Shown: positions 11,498-21,000 of the stretch, in pieces
How positions within the stretch are numbered: the first letter of the stretch is position 1
How the letters are laid out: the number at the start of each line of letters is the position of its first letter
DNA from: Macrostomum lignano
Lineage: Eukaryota
Assembly (NCBI GenBank): GCA_002269645.1
Contig: NIVC01000234.1
Location: forward strand, 62,001 to 126,000
DNA length: 64,000 bases
Direction of reading: 5' to 3'
Notes under the pieces: model-generated
Databases searched by the model: none
What the model was told of the DNA's origin: nothing
What the model saw: the letters and a program-made list of their open reading frames with translations, nothing else
Made by a program: the position numbers and the translations under genes

Positions 11498-12167
11498 GGA
11501 GAAAGTTTGTTATAAATTTTTGGTAGGTCTTCATTCATTATCTTGTTTAAATATATTATAGCATGTTGCATTTTCTCTAATACTATTTTTATATCAATTA
11601 ATAAAGATTGAGATAAATAAAATATTGGTCCTATTCTTCTTCCCATGGTAAACATAGATTTTTAAAATTCTTGATTCTTTTGAGATATTACGTCATCCAT
11701 TATTATACGTGTCGAAGCGCGAGACGCCGTCGAAGCCGCCCCAAGGGGCCCAAGGTGCTTATCTAGGGGTGAAGAAGTTAATATTACCTCAACAGGGCGA
11801 TTAAGTGTTTTTTGAAGTTTGGCGGATTCTTCTAGAAAATCTTCTACTTCTGATTTTATTTTTAGGCGCTTATATGCATGGTATAAATCATTTATTACGT
11901 TAGGTAGAATTCCTTTTTCAAAGCCATGTTTAAGGAATTGATACTCTAAATCATATTTAGTCATTTCTGGTACAAAACAAATTATTTTATTAAATTTTAT
12001 ATATTCAGGATATTGCGTTAATAAATTAAACAGCATGTCTTTCCCGCTGATGATTTTCCTATTACACAGCAAAGTAAGGGGTCTGGAAACAGAGTGCCAT
12101 GGGCGCCGTGGGTCTTATGGGATTCTCCGGATAGAGCCCTACGGGAACCTCCGGTTAAAGTGTCCAT
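11498..12167 (-). pseudogene. FtsK/A32-like packaging ATPase, N-terminal and central part
   Basis: HGTLFPDPLLCCVIGKSSAGKT (Walker A), RIIMDD (Walker B), FTMGRR...FYLSQS (arginine finger/sensor); frameshift and stops present. Confidence 0.9.
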
Positions 12168-12268
12168 TTTTTATAAATAATTATTCTACTCGATCTACTT
12201 GATCTAATCGATCTACTTGATCTAATCGATCTATTTTACTCGAAAAATTTTATTATCTTGAACTTTAA

Positions 12269-13594
12269 TTATATTTTTTTTCTCTCAAGAATAACACCAT
12301 ATGCCACTAATTCAGCTCCAGTAGATTTTCTGAGAGTAAGATTAATTATAACCCCGGTTTGAACTAATTCGTCTTGTGCCGTTAAATCAAAACAGAAAAT
12401 TGAATAATTATCTTTCCAGTCTAATTTGTTTATTGAAGGGAGTGTGCCCATCTCATAACATGTTTTTTCATACATATCATACGCTGCTTCTACATTCTGT
12501 TCTGTTGGTTTAATTCTTACAGGGTTTAGAGGATATCTTGTTTGATTTAGTGAAAGATAAATCTCTTCTATTTCTACTGCTTCTGCCGCAGTTTTATAAG
12601 AATAATATTTCATATTGTTAGTTTGAAAACTTAGGTTATTAATTTGAAAGCCAACAAAAACTTAAAGCGGCATGCTTTTTAAATTTGCCATCTGCCACGT
12701 ATAATTTTGTGGTGTAATTGTTAAGGGGCCTACTGTAACTCTTTCTGGATAATGTACTGTTATATCACTTTTTAGTTTGTTCATAAAAGCTACTTCAGCG
12801 GTTGGAGAAAGTGTAACAGACGGCACCCAAATTTCAAAACTGTTTATTTCTGGTTTTGTATCTGTACCTTCACCCCCAAAAAATATTTCACTATCATTCC
12901 GTGTTCTTGTCCAATCAAACCTGTAAGAAATTTCTTTAGTAACTTTGTCCCAATCAAAAAACAAAATTAAAGGAGTAAGAGCTAATTTAATATTAACCTC
13001 CTCGTTTTGTACCGCGCGTACCTTCCGTACCAGTTGTAATGTTATTATAATTTTCAAGTCTTCTTAAATATCCCGTGTTTAAATCTCTCTTATTTGCTTT
13101 TGATACAAGAGATGTGGTTGCATTTCTAAGCCCCTCTTCTCCGGCCGCAGGTCCTGGTATATTAGTTACTATACCTCCATCTCCAGTATCTGGAATCCAT
13201 CTATAAGCCTCTCTTACTTCTTTTTCTAGAATTTTGAAAATAGAATAGATTTTAATATTGTATCTGCTTCTCCCGGACTAGTGTATGATTTTTGCATTTC
13301 TCCGATTGTCACAGTCAACTGTGAAAATATTCTCATAGGCCAGTTATGTTCAAGAGTTATATTTGCATTTAAATCATCACGCCCATTTTCTTTTGTTATT
13401 GAGTACTTTATTACTCCAAATGCTTGGGACATTAAAATATATGAATCCGTAGAATTAATTTCATGAACAATCTAGCCGCCATTAAGATTTTGCGCTGTTT
13501 CTGTTGTTGGAGAAATTGTTATATAATCTTTTTTCTTTCTAAAGAAATTATATTTGTTATTGCTATCTTCGATATTTAAAATATTATCGTCCAT
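12269..13594 (-). pseudogene. Major capsid protein (hexon-like), fragmented
   Basis: Fragments: MDDNILNIED...ISPTTETAQNLNGG; SPGEADTILKSIL...RWIPDTG; FEIWVPSVTL...YTWQM; TRYPLNP...YDMY...YSIFCFDLTAQDE. Order and motifs match Polinton MCP. Confidence 0.85.
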
Positions 13595-13870
13595 CCTTTG
13601 CTATTTTGCTTTGCTATTTTGCTATTTTTTAAAGAAAAATTTAATTATTTACCTATTTAATTATTTAATTATTTACCTATTTAATTATTTCATTATTTAC
13701 CTATTGAATTATTTAATTATTTACATATTTAATTATTTAATTATTTACCTATTTAATTAGTTAGTCAACCTCGGACATAAAATCAGACCATTACCACCTT
13801 TAGCTTCAGAGAAATATTAAAATACTTACTTAATTAAGAAATAAATGCTCCAGGATTTTCCTTAACATTG

Positions 13871-14218
13871 CTATTTTGCTATTTTATTTTCAGCATGCTC
13901 TGCCGCCATTTCGGCTGTGTCTTTTATTATTCCTTCGCCTCTGATAGCTTTAAGTTTTTCTTTTTCTATGTTTTCTAAATTTTCTTCATGTTTCTTTGTG
14001 TTTACACTATCTGCAATTTTAGCCACACCTGCAGCAACACCGCCGGACGCACCGACAACTCCTGCTATTATTGGAATTAGTGCAGCTAATGGTAGAATTC
14101 CGCTGGATTTCTCAATATTAGAGTTTTTTATATCATTTATTTTCTTTTGAGATAGGTAATATATTTTTCCTTTATACTTAAAGTGCTTAGGGGTTTCTTC
14201 TCTTATATATTTATTCAC
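13871..14218 (-). CDS. Putative membrane-active virion core protein
   Basis: Basic N-terminus, hydrophobic/Gly-Ala segment GILPLAALIPIIAGVVGASGGVAAGVAKIA, and IRGE/G, which matches the adenain consensus (M/L/I)xGx-G. Confidence 0.6.
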   Translation of the reverse strand: MNKYIREETPKHFKYKGKIYYLSQKKINDIKNSNIEKSSGILPLAALIPIIAGVVGASGGVAAGVAKIADSVNTKKHEENLENIEKEKLKAIRGEGIIKDTAEMAAEHAENKIAK

Positions 14219-14540
14219 TCTTTCTTCTACTTTATCTTGGGGCCCTTTGGGCTTTTTCGGTACCCCCTTGGGTTTTTTTCGGTACCCCTTGGGTTTTTTC
14301 GGTACCTTTTTCAGTACCCCTTTGGGCCCTTTGTGCTTTTTTGGTACCCCCTTGGGCCCTTTGGTTTCAATTCCATTACCTTTTCTAGTTTGTATAACCC
14401 CTTGGACTTCTTGGGCCCCTTAGGCCGCTCTCTTAGCGTCTTTCTTAGTTTCCTCTTCTTCTTTTAACTGGGCCGCGGCTAAATTTTGTCTTCGATTTTT
14501 TAAAATTCATTATATTCTTCATTCGCTTTCTTTGCTTCTG

Positions 14541-14777
14541 CTACAGCTTTTTTAGCATCATAAACATCTTAGCGGCTAATCCAACTTGTCCTATGGCTTG
14601 TGCGACTGAAGTTAGCGCCGGCCCATAATTTGTAATTTCTGAAATAGCGCTGTCGACAATTCGCTCAAGGCCATACCCTCGGGCTCCGCCGGCTTCGCCG
14701 TAATTATAACTCATTCTTATTTTTCCTAGCTCCCTATGTTTATTAATGTATTTTCCATTTGCGTTTAAAGACATCAT
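14541..14777 (-). CDS. Putative virion core protein (pVII-like position)
   Basis: KYINKHRELGKIRMSYNY...ARGYGL motif followed by an amphipathic helix. Confidence 0.5.
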   Translation of the reverse strand: MMSLNANGKYINKHRELGKIRMSYNYGEAGGARGYGLERIVDSAISEITNYGPALTSVAQAIGQVGLAAKMFMMLKKL

Positions 14778-14842
14778 CGTTCGATATTTGTCTCTTTTTT
14801 AATAAAAAAATTTACACGTCTTTGCTAAGCGCTCTAAGTGCT

Positions 14843-16014
14843 CTAGGCTTTTAAAAGCTGTTCTTTATAAAAACTACCTATAATTTCTTCACCATCTTCG
14901 GCTTCTAAAATATATGTAATATTTGTAGTTTCTAATATTTTTTCACTATAAACACTTCTGAAATTTTCCAATACACTTTTCTTCCTTTTTCAAATTTATC
15001 TTTAAATTTATAAATGTGTACTCTGTCTCCTACTTTTATATTACTTGGATCAGACGCCGAAACTGCCAGAGCCCCTTGGGGCGCTGGAGGCCTCGGAGCC
15101 CCTTGGGGCTGTCCTTTGGATGCTTCCGCCGGTGTGCAACCAATTGAGGAATGTACTGTATGATCTTATATTCATCGACAGTTGGCTGTAGAATTTTGAG
15201 CCATTTCTGATTTCCTTGCAAGTCAAATTTAAACCATAGTTTATTGGTTAGTGTTCTATTAAATCTTTCAATCAGCATTCTTAGACTCACCATAGATTGA
15301 ATACATTTTATTTATATAAATTACTTTTTCGTCTTTTGAATACGGATAGAGTTTATACATGTATTGATTGTAAAATTATTTGCCCTCGTCAACACATAAA
15401 CGAACTGAACGACGGCCTGATTTTTTATATATAGTTTCAAACGCTTCAGCTACTTTTTCTCCTTTCTTTGACTTTAAAGGAACAACAACCCATGCAAAAC
15501 GCGTGAAGCCGTCTAAAACTGTTAAAATATATTTGAAGGTTCTTTCTGGAGGCATAACAACTAAATTGGCATGCCATATTTCGTCTTTGTAACGGTGCAC
15601 AAATTTTCTAAATACTTTGGGTTTACGATATGGGGTGTGCTTTTTTATGGCTTCTTCCAAAGAAAGGGCGGCGGAGCCACTGCTACGCACCCCCAGCCCA
15701 ACTTTAACTTTTGCTTGTATTATTCTTTTTACCATATGTCGCGTTAGGCGCTCTTTTATAGCTAAGTCTTCTGTGGGAATCGCGTCTAACTCTTGCAACA
15801 TCTGTTGGTCAGCTATGTGTTTTTGGTCTAAATTTCCTGCGTCCCTATAACGTTTATCGTGTCGATATGCCGCCCAGTCTATAAGGTTTATAGGGAGGCT
15901 ATCGGGTTGCGGTGTATCAGTCTGAGGGTTTAGTCTTAGCGTTAAATTTGTGCCGGGGCCTGCAAAAGAATAACCGGGTATGTAGCAATATTTAGAATAA
16001 TACAGTGAATACAA
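14843..16014 (-). pseudogene. Parvovirus-VP1-type phospholipase A2 fused in frame to retroviral-like (rve) integrase; integrase disrupted
   Basis: PLA2: IPGYSFAGPG, AAYRHDKRY, ADQQM. Integrase: IWHANLVVM (first catalytic D mutated to N), YILTVLDGFTRFAW, VDEGK*, IERFNRTL, HSSIGCTPAEA, KVGDRVHI, GEEIIGSFYKEQL. Confidence 0.9.
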
Positions 16015-16519
16015 TACTTACGGCGTCTACAGTATCTCCTTCCAAAATTGTGAGTTCTGAGCTAAGACTTCGGGTATCTTTGACAGATGCCGATGAATCT
16101 CTCCGATGGGGAGACTGCCATATTTTAATTTTTGAGACTCAGCCGGCCGTGTTAGCTCGCTGTGTTAGCTTTCTTTATATACGTCATGCGTTTTACAGCT
16201 CACATAAAAACAGCTGTTACCCTGCAACAGAAGGGATTGTACGAGCCGTAAATGCGTAAGCGCGTAAATGCGTACGCGCGTGAGTGTGGGAATATTGCAA
16301 GTTGCCATTGTTTTTTTACTATTTTCGCTGAGCGCGGTGTGTCAACTTATTTTTGGCTTATTTTTAACATACCACTTTTTTTAAACAATTTTTTTAGCTA
16401 CTGGCAATTAGCAAAACGATTGACTCGGGTGGGCCTACGTGCCTACGTGGCCTAGGAGCCCTACGGGCCTACGTGCCTAGGAGAGTTAGGAGGGTTAGTA
16501 GTAATTAGAGGTGGGCTCT

Positions 16520-16632
16520 AGTAGTAGACGGAAGCTTATAGAAAAAAATAGGGCATCCCTTGAATGAGCGAAGCGGTAGCGAGTGAATGAGAAGGATGCC
16601 CTATTTTGTCCTATAAGCTTCCGTCTACTACT
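16520..16632. repeat. Terminal 113-bp hairpin of the Polinton
   Basis: Arms AGTAGTAGACGGAAGCTTATAG(A/G)A(A/C)AAAATAGGGCATCC, ~39 bp with 2 mismatches; ~35-nt loop containing GAGCGAAGCG. Confidence 0.9.
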
Positions 16633-17435
16633 GATGCCCCTCTGTAGCCGGCGCCCTCTGTAGCTGGCGCCCTCTGCAGCTGATGCCCCGCTCTGTAGCT
16701 GGCGCCCTGCCTTATCTGTAGCTGGCGCCCTCTGCAGCTGATGCCCCTCTGTAGCTGGCGCCCTCTGTAGCTGGCGCCCTCTGCAGCTGATGCCCCTCTG
16801 TAGCCGGCGCCCTCTGTAGCTGGCGCCCTCAGCAGCTGATGATCCTCTGTAGCTGGCGCCCTCTGCAGCTGCTGCCCCTCTGTAGCCGGCGCCCTCTGTA
16901 GCTGGCGCCCTCAGCAGCTGATGCTCCTCTGTAGCTGGCGCCCTCTGCAGCTGCTGCTCCTCTGTAGCTGGCGCCCTCTGCAGCTGCTGCCCCTCTGTAG
17001 CCGGCGCCCTCTGTAGCTGGCGCCCTCAGCAGCTGATGCTCCTCTGTAGCTGGCGCCCTCTGCAGCTGCTGCCCCTCTGTAGCCGGCGCCCTCTGTAGCT
17101 GGCGCCCTCAGCAGCTGATGCTCCTCTGTAGCTGGCGCCCTCAGCAGCTGATGCCCTTCTGTAGCTGGCGCCCTCCCTTATCTGTAGCTGGCGCCCTCTG
17201 TAGCTGGTGCCCTCTGTAGCTGGCGCCCTCTGTAGCTGGCGCCCTCTGTAGCTGGTGCCCTCTGTAGCTGGCGCCCTCTGTAGCTGGCGCCCTCTGTAGC
17301 TGGCGCCCTCCCTTATCTGTAGCTGGCGCCCTCTGTAGTTGGCGCCCTCTGTAGCTGATGCCCTTCTGTAGCTGGCGCCCCCCTCTGTAGCTGGCGCCCC
17401 TCTGTAGCTGGCGCCCTCCTATGTAGCTGGTGCCC
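16633..17435. repeat. Minisatellite, core CCCTCTGTAGCTGGCGC with GCTGATGCC variants
   Basis: Directly visible tandem array abutting the Polinton end. Confidence 0.95.
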
Positions 17436-18026
17436 ATAAGAGATTTCAAGCATTAGGCATCAAAATTTCAAAAATGAAAAAAGAAATAAAACCAGCAGAA
17501 CAGGCTACTTTTAGTTTCTGGATATTCCAATTAAAATTTCTATACTATAATATATTTACGTAACGTCCACTAAATTACAGCTAAACACTTTTCTACAGAA
17601 GATTCTTGTGCACGCGTAGCATGTATGTAGAATAAAAAAGAACTTCGCCGAAAACTCGGGGCTATAGTGACAACTAACTATAATAATTATGCATGATTAC
17701 TACAAAATAAAATATAACCAATATATTGATGTAAATAGTGAATAAAAATGTTTAAAAAACACAGCAAGCTTTTGGAGAGTACTATATATTAATAAAAAAT
17801 TGTAATGCGAAATAAGTATTTAAGGTGGTGACTATATCAATAATAAAAAAATTTTATAATCAGGCATGTGAAGAAGTCCAAAAATCGAATGGAATCATTA
17901 AAACAAACACTAGAGCTGATTTGAAATCATCTAATCTATTAATGCTGACATTAAGCTATAATAAAGCATGCTTTGTTTACGAAGTACTTCAATCAGATTT
18001 GAGCACATCTCAGGTTAATTAAGGAC

Positions 18027-21000
18027 TTATCCCTCATCCTCGAACAGCACGCTCATTGACTTTGTCCTTGTGGACATTGCGGCTGGCACTGCGGATTGGC
18101 AAATGGGGATGAATGTAATTAAGTCATAGGCCTTCAAAATAGTGATTCCTATCTCACCCTGAATCTTCCTATCCCATCCTGATTCTTCCCATCCCCTCCC
18201 ATCCCGATTCTCTCTATCCCATCCTGATTCTTCCCATCCCATTCTATCCCATCTTGATTCTTCCCCTCCCATCCCATCCCGATTCTTCCCATCCCATCCC
18301 ATCCTGATTCTTCCCACCCCATCCTGATTCTTCCCACCCCATCCTGATTCTTCCCACCCCATCCTGATTCTTCCCATCCCATCCTGATTCTTCCCATCCC
18401 ATCCCATCCTGATTCTTCCGCTCCCATCCCATCCCGATTCTTACCATCCCATCCCATCCCGATTCTTCCCATCCCATCCCATCCCGATTCTTCCTATCCC
18501 ATCCCATCCTGATTCTTACCATCCCATCCCATCCCGATTCTTCCCATCCCATCCCATCCCGATTCTTCCCATCCCATCCCATCCAGATTCTTCCCATCCC
18601 ATCCCGATTCTTCCCCTCCCATCCCATCCCGATTCTTCCCATCCCATCCCACCCCGATTCTTCCCAAACAGCCACAGGACCCACCCGACAAGCCGCTGTG
18701 CCCGCTGTGAGCTCTCGACCTCGGATTAGCGGTGGTAACCAGCGCCAGTTCGTGCAGCAGATTCTCGAAACGAAACGCCACCCGAACGTTAGGCAGATTA
18801 GTGTACCGAATATCGTTGCCAAGGACGCCTTCGTGTTGATAGGCCGGGCCGAGCCAACGCTTCTTCACTTCGTGAGGAAATCCGGACATGATTACAGAGT
18901 TCCTGGCCAGCTCGCACATGTCTGTGTTGGTGAGCTTCCACACCTGGGCCGCGATAGAGTACTCTTCCATCAGCGGCTCCTTGGTGAAGTGAAACATCAG
19001 CGGATCATCCGTGCTCAGCGTCACGCACAGGCCTTTGGCGTGAAAGTCTGGCAAGGGACTGCGGCTGTAGGGCAGGAACAGGCTGTTGTTGGAGAGCGGC
19101 GACATGGCCATGGGCACCTGGGCCAGGTAGTACAGGTACTGCAGCACCGGTGCCTGCGGGCGAGAGGGGGTGAAAATTGTAACGTGGGAATATCATTGCG
19201 CTGTGCAGTGAGGGACAAGTTGTGATGGAGCAGCAACCGAGGATCTGGGAGGCTGGCCCAGCAACTGAGGATCTGGGAAGCTGGTGGCCCACCAACTGAG
19301 GATCTGGGAGGTTGGTGGCCCAGCAACTGGAAGATCTGGGAGGCTGGCCAAGCAACTGGGGATCTGGGAGGCTGGCCCAGCAACTGGGGATCTGGAAGGC
19401 TGGCCCAGCAACTGGGGATCTGGGAGGCTGGCCCAGCAACTGAGGATCTGGGAGGCTGGCCCAGCAACTGGGGATCTGGGAGGCTGTCCCAGCAACTGGG
19501 GATCTGGGAGGCTGGTGGCCCAGCAACTGGAAGATCTGGGAGGCTGGCCAAGCAACTGGGGATCTGGAAGGCTGGCCCAGCAACTGGGGATCTGGGAGGC
19601 TGGTGGCCCAGCAACTGGAAGATCTGGGAGGCTGGCCAAGCAACTGGGGATCTGGGAGGCTGGCCCAGAAACTGGGGATCTGGGAGGCTGGCCCAGCAAC
19701 TGGGGATCTGGGAGGCTGGCCCAGCAACTGGGGATCTGGGAGGCTGGCCAAGCAACTGGGGATCTGGGAGGCTGGCCCAGCAACTGAGGATCTGGGAGGC
19801 TGGCCAAGCAACTGGGGATCTGGGAAGCTGGCCCAGCAACTGGGGATTTGGGAGGCTGGCCCAGCAACTGAGGATCTGGGAGGCTGGCCAAGCAACTGGG
19901 GATCTGGAAGGCTGGCCCAGCAACTGGGGATCTGGGAGGCTGGTGGCCCAGCAACTGGAAGATCTGGGAGGCTGGCCAAGCAACTGGGGATCTGGGAGGC
20001 TGGCCCAGAAACTGGGGATCTGGGAGGCTGGCCCAGCAACTGGGGATCTGGGAGGCTGGCCCAGCAACTGGGGATCTGGGAGGCTGGCCAAGCAACTGGG
20101 GATCTGGGAGGCTGGCCCAGCAACTGAGGATCTGGGAGGCTGGCCAAGCAACTGGGGATCTGGGAAGCTGGCCCAGCAACTGGGGATTTGGGAGGCTGGC
20201 CCAGCAACTGAGGATCTGGGAGGCTGGCCCAGCAACTGAGGATCTGGGAGGCTGGCCCAGCAACTGAGGATCTGGGAGGCTGGTGGCCCACCAACTGAGG
20301 ATCTGGGAGGCTGGTGGCCCAGCAACTGAGGATCTGGGAGGCTGGCCAAGTAACTGGGGATCTGGGAAGCTGGCCCAGCAACTGGGGATTTGGGAGGCTG
20401 GCCCAGCAACTGAGGATCTGGGAGGCTGGCCCAGCAACTGAGGATCTGGGAAGATGGCCCAGCAACTGAGAAGCAACACAGCCAACCTTTCTGAGCAGCA
20501 GGCCGTGGCTAATATTGTCAGCCAGCAAGAAGGCGGTTGCCAGATGATGCACAGGTCCAGCCTCGCCACAGTGCGGCCTGAGAACGATCGGTTGCAGGCC
20601 TCGCTCCCGTCTCAGAGCGTTCAGCGGCACCAGGTTAGCGTACAGGTAGTACAGGTAGTAAGCGTACGGCGGGTTGCGCTGACTCTCCGTCCATTCGGCC
20701 GGTTCCGGGGAGTCGTGATCGAACACCACGGACTCTGACTTGGACTCGTCATCTACTGAGTCGAATGCGACAACCTGCCAAAACAATGCAGTGTATTGCA
20801 GTTCAGCTTGTTTGGCTTAAGATTACGATTTAGCCAGGAATCTGTGATTACTACGTTGCTTTCACGTTATTCAACGTGTTAACCCGGATGGTATAGCATG
20901 AGAGATGGATTGTCACTTTAATTTATGGTTTCGCATTTTTCAACTCAGTGATTCGGATTTCCCACTTAGAATATGGACTTTCTCTCCCACAGTAAGTAAT

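Larger units (their letters stand above)
1..16632. mobile_element. Degraded Polinton/Maverick (adintovirus-like) endogenous virus; right terminus at 16632, left boundary not located (probably upstream of window)
   Basis: AT-rich block containing remnants of adenain-like protease, penton-like minor capsid, FtsK-type packaging ATPase, double-jelly-roll-type major capsid, PLA2 and rve integrase. It ends in ...GTCTACTACT, the reverse complement of the AGTAGT start typical of Polinton termini. Most ORFs carry stops or frameshifts. Confidence 0.9.

Noticed and set aside
1-16632. Protein-primed DNA polymerase B and left TIR of the Polinton
   Set aside because: No PolB motifs or AGTAGTAGAC start were recognised before 16520; they are presumed outside the window or deleted, so not annotated.
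18494-18684. AMPD C-terminus extended into GWDG repeats
   Set aside because: A GTGGGT donor at 18684 and a phase-compatible acceptor at 18089 give a simpler C-terminus; the repeat is intronic.
19005-20786. Long Pro/Ser-rich ORFs (593, 462, 458 aa) overlapping AMPD
   Set aside because: They are read-through of a stop-free 28-bp intronic minisatellite; GT-AG splicing at 20486/19154 restores the conserved GLLLRK|APVLQYL.
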